A stretch of DNA of 64,000 bases. It comes from Squalus acanthias (taxonomy: Eukaryota). Shown here in pieces: positions 1 to 14,389 of this stretch (positions within the stretch are counted from its first letter, which is position 1; every line of letters starts with the position of its first letter). Made by a program: the position numbers and the translations under genes. The stretch spans positions 15,936,001 to 16,000,000 of the forward strand of contig CM059432.1 of assembly GCA_030390025.1 (NCBI GenBank), in the 5' to 3' direction. Under the pieces are notes generated by a model. The model was not told where the DNA came from. It did no database searches and saw only the letters and a list, made by a program, of their open reading frames with translations.

Positions 1-813
1 AAGTCAAAAGCCATACAGACCGATGGATGTGTTGGGGATGACCTATTCTTAGATATATTCTGACCTATGCAGCATCAGAGAGAGGTAGCCAGACTGTCGA
101 CCCTTGAGCAGATGGGGCAGTGTTAAAAGACTAGCTAGCATTTACAGATTTCCACATTGATTCCAAGAATGCAAGAGCTGCCACAGAACACGTGCCAATA
201 CAAAATGTCCACACAAAATATGTGAGTCACGGATTCAGAGACCAGTTATTCTCCCTGTAGCACTCGTTCACATAGGGAGCGGTCGAAAACTCTGCTTCAT
301 CAGAAGTTTAAATGCTGCTAAACCAGGGTTTGTTGAGCGTGTATTAGGCATTGGGAGATCTGTGACTGATAAATGCTGTAAATTGCTTCAAGGTTGTCTC
401 CTTTCAGCAACCCAGGGTTAAATTCCGGAGACATTAAAGGGTAACATTTTCCAGTGGGTGATGTTCAGGTCTAGATGCTGAGTACGCTCATATTACACTC
501 CTCTGTGCGGTGCTTTTAACCAAGCATTCATCCACTCATTATAAACGGCCTAAGATCCGCCTAAAAGTAACACACTGAGGATTGTAGTATGAGCATGTTG
601 CTCATTATTATCTGAACTTCAGCAATTGGAAAATACACAAACCTCATTGTATTTGAGGTCCAAGTTATACCACATAATATGCAAGGGAGAAAAAAAAACA
701 ACTTGGAAAGCACTAGATCCCATTAAACAAGAAATAGCTAAGGCAGTTGTAATCTGATGTGAATTATTACCCGACCATCTCATTGTCTGTGAGTTTGTTT
801 GTTTTTTCTTCAG

Positions 814-967
814 GCAACGCACAGTATCCCTGCTTGTCTTGGCAGCGTGACCTTGAATAACAAGCCCCTGGACATGGAGCGGCCAGTTTCCATCCTCACC
901 GTCAGCAGATGTTACACTGCTGTCCAGGAGGGCACCTTCTTTGATGGCACTGGATTTGCTGCACTCG
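814..967 (+). CDS. LAMA1: Laminin alpha-1, internal exon (end of LG4 / start of LG5)
   Basis: ttcttcag acceptor and gtaaat donor. Translates ATHSIPACLGSVTLNNKPLDMERPVSILTVSRCYTAVQEGTFFDGTGFAAL, matching the recalled laminin alpha-1 C-terminus. 154 nt; phase fits the next exon. Confidence 0.93.
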
Positions 968-1494
968 GTAAATAGGGTTTAATGTTAAGAAGTTAGATTC
1001 TGCTTTATGCAGGTACTTGTGATTGTCCCCATAAAAGTAATCCAAAATTAAATGTATTCGTGTCCTGTATATAGATTTCTCTTCACCTCCCCAATGTGTC
1101 CTTAGGCAGATGACGTGGGATTTGGAAAGATACTGCATTGTATTTAAATGAAGAAAACTAGTCGTACTTCCCTCAGATCTTCTGCCAGTCAAACAGTATA
1201 AGTAACTTTCACCACTTTAATACTGGCACTCTAGTCTGGGAGAACAGCACTTAAGTAGACATCCAAACTCTACACTTCCCTTTTTGATGTGCCTCCAGTA
1301 CCTATTGGAGGGCCAATAGAAAGGGATACTTGGTTTCCCCACCACTGCCCTTCACTCTCAAGACCTACAAAACATTGAGCGGCATTGGAGGCACAGATTT
1401 TGCCACCATTATTTTATTGTTCTGTTAACGAGACTAACGTATTCCTGCTGCCACCACATGCTAACAATATAAACAATGCTATCACGCGGCACTG

Positions 1495-2590
1495 AGTCAC
1501 CAATAACCTGCTCACCAATGCTCAGTCTGCGTTCCGTCGGGACTGCTCAGCTCCAGACCTCATTACAGCCTTGGTCTAAATATGAAAACTGAAGTCAATG
1601 CGGATTAGGGTGAAAACTCTCCACTGGCTGGAGTCATACCTGACACAAAGGAAGATGATTGTGGTTGTTGAAGGCCAATCATCTCAGCCCCAGAATATCA
1701 CGCAGGGCTTAGGTCCTAGGCCCAACTATGTTCAGTTGCTTCATCAATGACCTCTCCATCATAAGGTCAGAAGTGAGACTGTTAGCTGACCATTGCACAA
1801 TGTTCAGCTCCATTCACAATTCGTCAGATAATGAACTAGTCCATGCCCATATGCAGCAAGACCTGGACAACATCCAGTCTTGGGCTGTTAAATGGCAAGT
1901 AACATTTGTGCCACACAAGTGCCAGGCAATGACTTTTTCCAAGAAGAGAGAGTCTAACCACCTCCACATGACATTCACTGGCATTATCATCACTGAATCC
2001 CCCACCATCAACATCCTGGGGGTCACCTTTTACCAGAAACTCAACTGGACCAGCCCTATAAATGCCATGGGTACTAGAGCAGGTCAGAACATAAGAAATA
2101 GGAGCAGGAGTAGGCCATTCAGCCCTTTTGAGCCTGCTCCGCCATTCAGTAAGATCATGGCTAATCTTCTGCCTCAACTCCACGTTCCCGCACTATCCCC
2201 AGATCCCTTGGTTCCCTCAGAGATCAATAGATTTTTGGATAATGTCTTGAATATACTCACCGACTGAACATCAACAGTCCTCTGGGTAGAGAATTCCAAA
2301 GATTCACAACCCTTTGAATGAAGAAATCTCTCCTCATTTCAGTCCTAAATGGCCGACCCCTTATTCTGAGTCAGTGACCCCTAGTTCTAGACTCCCCAGC
2401 CAGGGGAAACATCCTCCCAGCATTAACCAAGTCAAGCCCCTTAAGAATTTTACACGTTTCAATGAGATCACCGCTCATTCTTCTAAACTCTAGGGAATAT
2501 AGGCCAGAGGCTGGGTTATCTGCAGTGAGTGGCTCACCTGACTCCCCAAAGCCTATCCACCACTACAAGGCATAAGTCAGGAGTGGCCTC
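1495..2590 (+). mobile_element. Degenerate CR1-group LINE fragment interrupted by a CR1 3' end (about 2090-2505, -)
   Basis: RT-like ORF 1728-2087 similar to 8611-9594; the host sequence resumes at about 2506. Confidence 0.8.
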
Positions 2591-2884
2591 ACCACACCCA
2601 ATGCTACTCGTGCTGCCTGCGCCAAGAATCAGAAGAATTTTCTTCTCCAGCTGGGTGAATGCACATGGTTAGATACAAAATTGGATGGGCAGTTGCACAG
2701 TCATCCTTGGCCACACTAACAGAGCAGGAATGGCAGAAAATTGTCAGTACATCAGCTCTCCCTGCACATTGTGTGAAAAATAAGAAAATGCCTTGGGAAA
2801 GACCTTTTTGGTTGCAGTTTAAAGTCTCTCTCTTTTAAGGAACCTGAACAATGGACTAAACATCTTTTGGGGTTTTATTTGCAG

Positions 2885-3018
2885 TCAAAGAAGGTTACAA
2901 AGTGAGGTCCGACGTAATTGTTACGTTTGAGTTCCGCAGTACGACCAGGAGCGCGGTACTGCTCGGTATCAGCAGTGCTAAGGTGGATGCAATTGGATTG
3001 GAGATCGTAAATGGCAAG
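2885..3018 (+). CDS. LAMA1: Laminin alpha-1, internal exon (LG5)
   Basis: ttgcag acceptor and gtgaga donor. (V)KEGYKVRSDVIVTFEFRSTTRSAVLLGISSAKVDAIGLEIVNGK; 134 nt, phase 1 to 0. Confidence 0.95.
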
Positions 3019-3654
3019 GTGAGAAAGAATCCTTGGTTTCCTGTTCCAGATTCATTCAGTGGACTGTGTGCAACGGGCAGGCGGTTGAGATCAGTCCCTC
3101 GTAGATTGTGATAGACCGAGTGACGCATTGAAAACTTTGGTCACTAAAGCCTAGAATTCACTGTTGGTGAAATCAGTGGCCAAATGCTTATTGCAACCAT
3201 ATGACATTCATACGCTTTTAAAATAGTGGAGAAAGGAATGTCGTACGAATACCGTAACTATCCGATCGCTATCATTTCCAGCAAACTGTCAATGAGCAAC
3301 CAGCAACCATCTTGACACCAACCGATCAAATCAATCAAAATATTTTTCCAGCTTCATTTGGTGGCCAAATTGGTCACGGACAATGTGGTAAAAAAAAATC
3401 AATGGAAATGAGAATCGGGCAGTTTCAAAAGTGGGCAGCCAATCCGCAGTGACAGTTATACGCCCGGGCAGATGTTGACTGTGTCCAGTTTGGCATTACA
3501 GAAAGTATAAGTTATTAGAGAGAGTCCAGAGGAGGGCTAGGAGGCTAATTCCTGAACTTAGAAGTGATATATAAGGGTTATAAGAAGTGATTGCCTACCC
3601 TGGGACTTCACTTTTTTGAGAAGAGGATGATATTGGGGTACTTGATAGCGGGCT

Positions 3655-4088
3655 TAGAAACATAGAAACATAGAATCTAGGAGCAGGAGTAGGCCATTCG
3701 GCCCGTCGAGCCTGCTCCGCCATTCAATACGATCATGGCTGATCATCCAAATCCAGTACCCTGTCCCTGCTTTAATCCCCACAGTACACATATCCCACCC
3801 TACCCCCGTAACCCCACGTATTTAATTCCCCCTAACATATCCCATCCTATCCCCATAACCCCACATATTTAATCCCCCCTAACACTAAGGGTCAATTTAT
3901 CATAGCCAAATCAACCTAACCCACACATTTTTGGACGGTGGGAGGAAACCGGAGCACCCGGAGGAAACCCACGCAGACACGGGGAGAATGTGCAAACTCC
4001 ACACAGACAGTCACCCGAGGTCAGATTCGAACCCGGGTCTCTGGCGCTGTGAGGCACCAGTGCTAACCACTATGCCACCGTGTTGCCC
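3655..4088 (-). mobile_element. HE1-like tRNA-derived V-SINE with CR1-derived tail
   Basis: A/B-box head on - (GGTGGCATAGTGG...GGTTCGAATC); V-domain-like gtttgcacattctccccgtgtctgcgtgggtttcctccggg; CR1 3' UTR tail. A second, 5'-truncated copy lies at about 48256-48555. Confidence 0.8.
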
Positions 4089-4412
4089 TAGGCTTAAAAT
4101 TGTTCAGGATTGAAAAAATAAATTGAGCAGGTTTTAAACTCTAAAATCCTTCATAATTTTATAAACTTCTAATAAGTCTACTCTCAACCTTCTCTGCTCC
4201 AATGGTATCTCAGTATCTCAATTCTCTCCTCAACTATTGTTTCCCATCCCAGGCATCAGTCTGGTGAATCAGTGTTGCACATGCTCAATGGCTTTGATGT
4301 TCTGTCTATAATGGGAGATGCAAAATTACACACAGTGCTCTCACTGTGTCTAAGCAATGCTTTGTATAAATTCTTCATTATTCCTGGTACTCTTGTGCTC
4401 TATCCCCTGTTC

Positions 4413-4950
4413 ATAGAATCATAGAATGGTTACAACACATTAGGAGGCCATTTGGCCCATCGAGCCCATGCCGGCTCTCTGCAAGAGTACCTCAGCTAGT
4501 CCCACTCCCCCACCCTTTCCCCGTAGCCCTGCAATTTTTTTTCCTTCAGATACTTATCCAACTCCCTTTTGAAAGCCGTGATTGAATCTGCCTCCACCAT
4601 CCTCAGGAAGTGCATTCCAGATCTTAACCACTCACTGCGTAAAAAAAGTTTTTTCTTTCGTCGCCTTTGGTTCTTCTGCCAATCACCTTAAATCTGTGTC
4701 CTCTGGTTCTCGACTCTTCTGCCAATGGGAACAGTTTCCCTCTATCTACTCTGTCCAGACCCCTCATGATTTTGTACGCCTCTATCAAATCTCCTCTCAA
4801 CCTTCTCTGCTCTAAGGAGAACAACCCCAGCTTCTCCAGTCTATCCACGTAACTGAAGTCCCTCATTCCTGGAATCATTCTCGTAAATCTTTTCTGCACC
4901 CTCTCTAAGGCCTTCACATTCTTCCTAAAGTGTCGTGCCCAGAATTTAAC
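4413..4950 (-). mobile_element. CR1 3' fragment
   Basis: ALERVQKRFTRMIPG...RRLRGDLIE ORF and CR1 tail. An adjacent + CR1 3' end lies at about 5047-5400. Confidence 0.85.
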
Positions 4951-5552
4951 ACTTTTGTACTCTATACCTCTATTTATGTGTCGGTGCAGGCTCGATGGGC
5001 CGAAATGGCCTCTATCTGCACTGTGGGGATTCTGTGATTCTGTGATCTCATTAAAACATATAAAATTCTGAGGGGGATTAACAGGGTAGATGCTGTGAGG
5101 TTGTTTCCCTGGCTGGAGAGTCTAGAACTAGGGGACACAGTCTCAGGATAAGGGGTCGGCCATTTAAGACTGAGATGAGGAGGAATTTCTTTACTCAGAG
5201 GGTTGTGAATCTTTGGAATTCTCTACCCCAGAGGGCTGTGGATGCTCAGTCGTTGAGTATATTCAAGGCTTAGATAGATAGACTTTTGGACTCTAGGGGA
5301 ATCAAGGGATATGGAGATCGGGCAGGAAAGTGGAGTTGAGGTCGATGATCAGCCATGATCTCACTGAATGGCGGAGCTCCTAATTCTTATGTTCTTATGT
5401 TCCTTGGTATTCGCACCAATAATCAAACCATTTCTACTTGCTGTTATGCAGCTCTTTCAAAGAGCCTGTACAGGCACGATGGGCCGAATGGCCTCCTTCT
5501 GTGCTGAATCACTCTATGACAAAGCTGATGTTTAGGGTTTCTGAGCTAGTCC

Positions 5553-8310
5553 TAGAATCATAGAATCATAGAAAGTTACAGCACGGAAGATGGCCATTTC
5601 AGCCCATCGTGTCCGCGCCGGCCAACAGCCTAATCCCAGTTCCCAGCTCTTGGTCCGTAACCCTGCAGGTTACAGCATCCCAAGTGCACATCCAAGTACT
5701 TTTTAAATGTGGTTAGGGTTCCTGCATCTACCACCCTTTCAGGCAGTGAGTTCCAGACCCCCACAACCCTCTGGGTGAAGAAATTTTCCCTCAAATCCCC
5801 TCTAAACCTTCCACCAATTACTTTAAACCTGTGCCCCCTGGTTTCTGACCCCTCTGCTAAGGGAAATAGGTCCTCTGTATCCACTTTATCTATGCCCCTC
5901 ATAATTTTATACACCTCAATAAGGTCTCCCCTCAGCCTCCTCTGTTCCAAGGAAAACAGACCCAGCCTATCCAGTCTTTCCTCATAGCTAAGATTCTCTA
6001 CTTCCGGCAACATCCTTGTAAATCTCCTCTGTACCCTCTCTAGTGCAATCACATCTTTCCTGTAATGTGGTTACCAGAACTGCATGCAATACTCTAGCTG
6101 AGGCCTAACTAGTGTTTTATACAGTTGAAGCATAACCCCCCTGCTCTTGTATTCTATGCCACGGCTAATAAAGGCAAGCATTCCGTATGCTTTCTTAACC
6201 CCTTATCTAACTGGCCTGCTACCTTCAGGAATCTGTGGACATGCACTCCAAGGTCCCTTTGTTCCTCTACACTACTCAGTGTCCTACCATTTAATGTGTA
6301 TTCCCTTTCCTTGTTAGCCCTCCCCAAATGCATTACCTCACACTTCTCCGGATTGAATTCCATTTGCCACTGTTCTGTCCACCTGACCAATTTATTGATA
6401 TCTTCCTGCAGTCTACAGCTTCCTACTTCAGTATCAACCACACAGCCAATTTTAGTATCATCTGCAAACTTCTTAATCATACCCCCTATATTCAAGTCCA
6501 AATCATTGATATATACCACAAAAAGCAAGGGACCTAGCACTGAGCCCTGCGGAACCCCACTGGAAACAGCCTTCCAGTCACAAAAACACCCATCAACCAT
6601 TACCCTCTGCTTCCTGTCTCCGAGCCAGTTTTGAATCCAACTTGACACTTTGCCCTGGATCCCATGGGCTTTTAACTTCATGACCAGTCTGCCTTGTGGA
6701 ACCTTATCAAAAGCCTTGCTAAAGTCCATATAAACTACATCAAATGCACTATCCTCATCTACCCTCCTTGTTACCTCCTCAAAAAATTCAATCAAGTTTG
6801 TCAGACACGACCTTCCCTTAACAAATCCGTGCTGACCATCCTTGATTAATCCGTGTCTTTCTAAATGAAGATTTATCCTGTCCTTCAGAATTCTTTCCAA
6901 TAACTTTCTCACCACCGAGGTTAGGCTGACTGGCCTGTAATTACTCGGTCTATCATTTTCTCCCTTTTTAACAAGGGTACAACATTAGCAGTCCTCCCGT
7001 CCTCCGGCACCACACCTGAAGCCAGAGAGGATTGAAAAATGATGGTCAGGGCCTCTGCTATTTCCTCTTTTGCTTCGCTTAACAGCCTGGGATACATTTC
7101 ATCCGGGCCTGGGGATTTATCCACTTTTAAAGCTGTTAAACCCCTTAATACTTCCTCTCTCACTATGTTTATTTCATCTAATATTTCGCACTCCTCCCCC
7201 CAATAGCAATGTCTGCTTCGCCCCTCTCCTTTGTGAAAACAGACGCAAAGTATTCATTAAGAACCCTACCAACGTCTCCCGCCTCCACACACAGATTACC
7301 CTCATGATCTCTAATAGGCCCTACCCTTTCTTTAGTTATCCTCTTACTCTTAATATATTTATAAAACATCTTTGGGTTTTCCTTGATTTTACTTGCCAAG
7401 AATTTGTCATGCTCTCTCTTTGCTTTCCTAATATCCTTTTTAATTGCACCCCTGCACTTTCTGTACTCCTCTAAAGATTCTGGAGTATTTAGCCCTCGGT
7501 GGTATCTGTCATACGCCTCCCTTTTTTTCTTTATCCTTCCCTGTATGTCCCTAGACTTCCAGGGGGCTCTAGATTTGTTAGTCCCACCTTTTTTCTTTAA
7601 GGGCACATGTTTGGTCTGAACCCTCCGGATCTCCTCCTTGAATGCCTCCCACTGCTCTGACACTGATTTACCTTCAAGTAGCTGTTTCCAGTCCACTATG
7701 GCTAAATCCCCTCTGAGCTTAGCAAAATTTGCTTTTCCCCAATTTAGAATTTTTATTCCTGGTCTATCCTTGTCCTTTTCCATAACTACCTTAAATCTAA
7801 CAGGATTATGGTCACTAGCACCAAAATGCTCCCCCACTGATACGCCTTCTCCCTGCCCAGCTTCATTCCCTAAAACTAAGTCCAGAACCGCCCCCTCCCT
7901 TGTTGGGCTTGCTACATACTGGCTAAAAAAGTTCTCCTGGATGCATTTTAGGTATTCCGCATCCTCTATACCATTCACACTAATTTTATCCTAGTTAATA
8001 TTGGGGTCGTTGAAATCCCCTACTATTACTGCCCTATAGTTTCTGCACTTCTCAGAAATTTGTCGACATATTTGTTCTTCTATCTCCCTCTCACTGTTTG
8101 GGGGTCTGTAGTACACTCCCAGCAGTGTGATCGCCCCTTTTTTGTTTTTCAATTCGACCCATATGGCCTCGTTTGATGATCCCTCCAACATATCATCCCT
8201 CCTCACAGCTGTAATAGTTGCTTTAATCAATACCTTGACCCCCCCCCTCCCTTTTTACCTCCCTCTCTATCCCGTCTGAAAATCCTGCAACCAGGAATGT
8301 TGAGCTGCCT
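5553..8310 (-). mobile_element. CR1 LINE, ~2.75 kb, frameshifted ORF2 (EN+RT)
   Basis: ORF fragments with VYYRPP/VGDFN, SDHN, KSPGPD, GVPQGSVLGP, FADD; (ATTCTATG)n tail. Confidence 0.93.
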
Positions 8311-8556
8311 CCTGTGGCATTCTCGTCTTCTTAGTTAAAATTCCAAGTTGCTTCCCTTCAGGGTTGGTTAACAGCATCCTAAACTGATCTCAGGATACCT
8401 TGACACAACTCCTTTTGATATACAGATCAGGGTCCTATGACGTACATAGGACCTCAATTGCAATCTTAGGACAGTGCATGCTCCACCCAGTACCAGCGGG
8501 GCAAAAGAGGAGACCAGCAGCTTAGTTTTAATTTATTTTTGTGGGGCTTTTTTTAT

Positions 8557-9731
8557 ATTCGTTTATGGGATGTGGGCGTCGCTGGCAAGGCCAGCATTTA
8601 TTGCCCATCCCTAATTCCCCTTGAGAAGGTGGTGGTGAGCCACCTTCTTGAACCGCTGCAGTCCGTGTGGTGAAGGTACTCCCACAGTGCTGTTAGGGAA
8701 GGAGTTCCAGGATTTTGACCCAGCGACGATGAAGGATCGGCGATATACTTCCAAGTCAGGATGGTGTGTGACTTGGAAGGGAACTTGGAGGTGGTGGTGT
8801 TCCCATGCGCCTGCTGCCCTTGTCCTTCTAGGGGGAAGAGGTCGCGGGTTTGGGAGGTGCTGCCGAAGAAGCCTTGGCGAGTTGCTGCAGTGCATCTTGC
8901 AGATGGTACACACTGCAGCCACGGTACGCCGGTGGTGGAGGGAGTGAATGTTTAAGGTGGTGGATGGGGTGCCAATCAAGCGGGCTGCTTTGTCCTCGAT
9001 GGTGTCGAGCTTCTTGAGTGTTGTTGGAGCTGCACTCATCCAGGCAAGTGGAGAGTATTCCATCACACTCCTTACTTGTGCCTTGTAGATGGTGGAAAGG
9101 CTTTGGGGAGTCAGGAGGTGAGACACTCGCCGCAGAATACCTAGCCTCTGACCTGCTCTTGTTGCTACAGTATTTATGTGGCTGGTCCAGTTAAGTTTCT
9201 GGTTAATGGTGACCCCTAGGATGTTGATAGTGGGGGATTCGGCGATGGTAATGCCATTGAATGTCAAGGGGAGGTGGTTAGACTCTCGCTTTTTGGAGAT
9301 AGTCATTGCCTGGCACTTCTGTGGCGTGAATGTTACCTGCCACTTATCAGCCCAAGCCTGAACGTCGTCCAGGTCTTGTTGCATGCGTGCATGGACTGCT
9401 TCATTATCTGAGGAGTTGTGAATGGCGCTGAACACTGTGCAGTCATCAGCGAACGTCCCCATTTCTGACCTTATGTTGGAGGGAAGATCATTGATGAAGC
9501 AGCTGAAAATGGTTGGGCCTAGGACTCTGCCCTGAGGAACTCCTGCAGCGATGTCCTGGGGCTGTGATGATTGGCCTTCAACCACCACAACCATCTTCCT
9601 TTGTGCTAGGTATGACTCCAGCCAGTGGAGCGTTTTTCCTGATTCCCGTTGACTTCAGTTTTACGAGGGCTGCTTGATGCCAGACTCGGTCAAATGCTGC
9701 CTTGATGTCAAGGGCAGTCACTCTCACCTCA
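8557..9731 (-). mobile_element. CR1-group (Daphne/Crack-like) LINE, 3' portion with open RT C-half
   Basis: 327-aa ORF (GVPQGRVLGP, FADD, ending HHHLLKGN). The same family recurs at ~1500-2590(+), 18030-18310(-), 57920-58265(+). Clade assignment is tentative. Confidence 0.85.
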
Positions 9732-9995
9732 GGAGGGACAGGAGCGCGCCTCCGCGCTCCACAAAAACAACCTGGATGCTGACGCGTCAGGTTCACCCCA
9801 CCACTTCCTTCCCGAAAATGTACCTCCTCCACCAGAGCTCAATGAAAGCTGCCCAAGCGGCACTTGCTGTCCGCTCGCAGTCTGCCAGCCCTATGCGACC
9901 AAAGCCCGGCCCTCCTCACGGGACTATTGGGCAGCCGGCGGGCACGCTCCACCAGCTGGCCCCTCAAACACCCGCTCTCTGCTTCATTGTGCAAT

Positions 9996-10251
9996 AGGGT
10001 TGCCAACCCTCCAGGTTTGCCCTGGAGCCTCCAGGAATGAAAGATTAATCTCCTGGACCCAGCTTCGAATAACCCAGGAGAAATATCATGGATGCATTAA
10101 AAAAAAAAGGTGTCTTTTTTGATTTACTTTGAACGCTTTCTTTTATTAGTTACAAAAATATTAGAGATGGGAAAAAAAGGCTGTTTGACTGGGCATTGGA
10201 GATCATATAATGAAGCCTGCAGGAATATGTTTAACCAGGGTTGGCAATCCT
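9996..10251. mobile_element. Small non-autonomous DNA transposon
   Basis: TIR AGGGTTGCCAACCCT / AGGGTTGGCAATCCT. A related piece lies at about 45838-45952. Confidence 0.6.
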
Positions 10252-10744
10252 GTTGTGCAATGTTAGCCAGTTGAATAATTATATTAATTACAAATAAAGC
10301 AAGGAGATACTATATAATCCTGGAAATATAGGTTAATGCTGTCGACCGGACATATTGTTCAAATATTAACACGGGATTATGTCAAAGAGATAGGTTAAAA
10401 CCTTCTTACTGATCTGCAATCAATGCAAATGATTTTTATCTTGATTTTTCAGCTGTTCAATCTAGCCATTAAGTCTGGTATTGACAGCAACATCAGACTA
10501 ACACAACGCATTAAATCAAAGATTTAATAACACTTACGGTTTCATTAGAAGTGTTTACAATTTTGTTTCATAGGCAATTGCCTATAGCTGTACTATTAGG
10601 ATTCAAATGTAATAATCTACCTAGTTACTATTACAGTGTGTACAAGCTTGTTTTGCACAAGATGTGGGCAAATATTTGTGGCTATATCCTTAAACGTACG
10701 TGTCCAATCTATATTCCACTCCAGGGATGGTATACATTAAAAAA

Positions 10745-11173
10745 GAAAGAAAGACTTGCATTTATATAGCATCTTTCATGACCACATGTCCCAAAGTGCT
10801 TGACAGCCAATGAAATACTTTTAAAGTGGCGTCACTGTTGTAATGTAGGAAACGTGGCAGCCAATTTGCGCACAGCGAGGTCCCACAAACAGCAATGTGA
10901 TAATGACCAGATAATCTGTTTTAGTGATGTTAATTGAAGGATAAATATTGTCCAGGACACTGGGGATAACTCCCCTGCTCTTCTTCGAAATAGTGCCACG
11001 GGATCTTTTACATCCACCTGAGAGAACAGATGGGGCCTCGGTTTTAACATCTCTTCTGAAAGATGGCACCTCTGACAGTGCAGCACTCCCTCAGTGCTGC
11101 ACTGGAGTGTCAGCCTAGATTTTATGCTCAAGTCTCTAGAGTGGGACTTGAACCCACAACCTTCTGACTCAGA
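10745..11173 (-). mobile_element. Deu-domain tRNA SINE (SacSINE1/AmnSINE-related) with L2-derived tail
   Basis: B box GGTTCAAGTCCC, Deu-like core and an L2-like tail; several similar copies elsewhere in the window. Confidence 0.78.
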
Positions 11174-12640
11174 TTAGTAATTTTTTTTTATTTGTTCTGG
11201 GATGTGGGCATCGCTGGCATTTATTGCCCATCCCTAATTGCCCTCATTAACTTTAAAATTCTACGCAAAAATAAATGTAAAATCATATTTGCTTTTATTT
11301 TCTTTTGTTCCTACTGTTACTGGGTTGAAAGCGGGACTTATTTCAGCAGTACTCTCCTCACTCATTTTTTCAAGCCTTCAAAAACTGTGGAACTTCTTAC
11401 CTCCTCTCATCGCTAAGCTTTTAAAACCCAAGGTGGCACAATCACTACTTCCCGATTGACCGGATTTCTTCTACTCTTTTCAATCAATATGATCGGCCTT
11501 GGCCCTTCACCCAAGTTCCTTGATGTTCGAAAAATCATGATAAAGCTGCTATTAAAATGGACAACTTAAAAAAAACTCATCAAATAATAATCTACATGTT
11601 TCACATCCGATCCTCTGGAAGTATCTGTAATTCAATCAATAAAGTATTCCATCATGCAGTTAAGGGAAATGATCAAAGCTGGCTTTACATGAAACGAGGG
11701 TACAATCTCAATTTAATAAATGAAGTTTGAAACAAAAGATTAGAGAGCTGCTGATTTTATTTAGAAAATGAAAATATGAGCCAAAGACAATCTCCCCATC
11801 AGACACAAAACACATATTGTATCCCTTTGGGAAATATCCTGCGTTAGTTTTATAAGGCAGCATAATTCATGTCGTTTTGAAGTTAATTGCCAAACTACAC
11901 CTGTTTTTTTTCTTTCTTTCATTCTTGATAACTGATATTTTGTCAAACAATCCACTTGTTGTAACAAGTGTACCGCTGTATTGTTTACACAGCATTGTTT
12001 GACTTATGTTTCTATTCAGGGACTGTTCCATTTTGGGTCCTTTATAATACAATTGCTCCCCAGTGTATTAAACAATGGTTGAGACAGATTAATGGTCTCC
12101 AGCTCACAAACCTTACACACCGTAAGTGTAGGTAGGTGATTGTGCCCGTGGTAAAACCGGCGGAGTCCTACTTTAAATATGCCTATCGGGCTCTGATGGT
12201 GATGGCATTGGGGCCCCGACTGCTATTTTAACCAGAAGTCACGCAGAGAAGCCTGTTGTGGCTTTCACCCCATGCCAACCTGGCGGGAAGAGGAGTCGGG
12301 GCACTCCTGCTCCTCCGGGCCCCACAAGGAAAGTTTGGGCCTCCCTACGCCAATTGCGAGGAGCTCCTGAACCACCCCCCCCCGCCCTCCCGGCGATTTA
12401 CCTGAGTACCGGGGACCACTTCTTCTGTCCCCGGCAGCCGCCTCCCGCTGCCCGGCATTGCGCCTCTGCCTGCAGGCCAGCTGCCACTTCCCGCCGGGAA
12501 ACTAACTGAGGCGATGCAGATGTGGCCCGGCAGTTAAAATCTCCCGGGCCTCGAGCTGCCGAGAGCAAGACAGTTTGCCTTCTGCCTTAGCCGCTGCCCG
12601 TCTGACTCCAGCCCAGAGTTAAAATTAGGGCTGAAACCAT

Positions 12641-13005
12641 GGGCTGGATTTTGATACTGGGGCGGGTTGGGGTCGTGTCATCCGCTTTTCGTGTTATCCA
12701 CCCGACTGCAATTGGATGTGGGAGATTGATGCAATTTTCACCTAATTGGGCAATTGAGTTCCAGCATGTGGGAACCCATGACCCAATTAGTGTTTTCAGT
12801 CTAAAAGTCACCTCTGATGATGTCATCATTGTTGCATTGAAGGTCTGCAAAGACTGCCTGGCCTTTGCTGTGAGAGCCTCCTCCTCCTCATCCATCATCT
12901 ATCATCATCTCCTCCTCCTCCTCCATCATTGGGTGGAGGTGGGCTTGTGCCCGCCCGCCAGTTTTCGCAATTTTAACCCTCCACGGGTCAATGAAAAATC
13001 TGCCC
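12641..13005. mobile_element. MITE (GGGC.GGATTTT TIR family)
   Basis: GGGCTGGATTTT ... AAAATCTGCCC. Related ends at 30537-30704, 43434 and 52593. Confidence 0.6.
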
Positions 13006-14389
13006 ATCGTGTTTCTCAAAGTGTCTTGCCTACATGTTCGTAGTGGGAACTGATTAGATTGTACTCTCAATGCAAGCAATAAGGACTCTTCCACCCCAGC
13101 CCCACCATCTCAGGGAAGGCAAGAGTGTTGGGGATCACCAGTTCTCCACCACTCCTAACAGCATATTAAACTGCAAACCAACTCTTTGCCACCCAGTTAT
13201 CACAATGCCTTGAGGTTGTGTGATGATTCCAGTCTGCTTGACAGCAGGCCAAGCTTGTATATTAGAGGGGTGGTGAGAACTCCAACCAATGAGGGAAGGA
13301 CCATGAATTTATGAACCCCCCCCCCCCCCTTTGCAGCATATGTCTATCAGAGTAGGGCAGAATTTGTGAACTTTATGCACAGTCGATGTATGCTCATTGG
13401 ATGTTTTTGAGCCTGTTCTTTGTCATCTGCTATTTTGGTTAGGCTATTGTCCAGTCCTTACCTATTAAGGGGTGGCCCTTAAGTTAAGTTTGCTCTCCTA
13501 TGCTTCATAGGCTTTCGATGTTATCTACACTGGTGGTGGCAAGCTTGGAGTAGAAACAAGAGATATGCCTGCAGTCGGTTACAGTCACCAGAGGCTCAGT
13601 GCAAGGGATGCCAGTGTGCTGGATCTTGTGGAATATATTGGGAGCCCAAAGGAAATGTTGGATCTGGAAGTAGTGGAAAATGTCCTTTTGAGGAATGAGA
13701 AATTGCTAGCCAACTTCTGCAAGGTCACCACTTGACCCTTGCGGAGCAATTTGCCCATTTTGTTGCTCCTTTCGTTCCAAGTCTTGATCCACTCTAAATA
13801 ATTTCATACTGTTAGCATAAATGTAATATAAACTTTGTCTTTTAATCCCCATTTAAGGCCGTTTTGTTTATTAAAAACATGAATTTAATGCCTGCATAGA
13901 CATTTTGATTTTTTTCCATATTATACACATAATTATGTGTTTAACCATGTGGAAGTACTTAAAATTTTAGGTTCAGTTTCTCGGGCTTTTTCCCCAAAGA
14001 ATTACATTAATCCTATTTCTGTTTAGTTAACTCTTTCTTTACTTCTCTCTTCTGTTCCATGAACAGAAATGCCTGAAGTAAATACAGTATATAAGATAAC
14101 TTGTATTTTTTGATTTGCCTCTTGTATCTCCGCTTCCCCCACCCCGCAAGTTGCCACCATTTTACAATTTGAGAATGCAGAGGAGCAATCCATTCCTAGC
14201 CACAATCAACATTGTTCTCTGACCAATGTCTGGGGATGCATGTGAGCAATCTTGGTTCATTCACAATTACTAAGCCCTCCATTTGGAGAAGCTCCTCTCT
14301 CTGGCCCATTGGAAACTAACAATTTGCCATGTAGGGAAATATGGGCAGCTCTTCATGTCACAGTAGTGCTGTGCCACCGATTTCAGTCA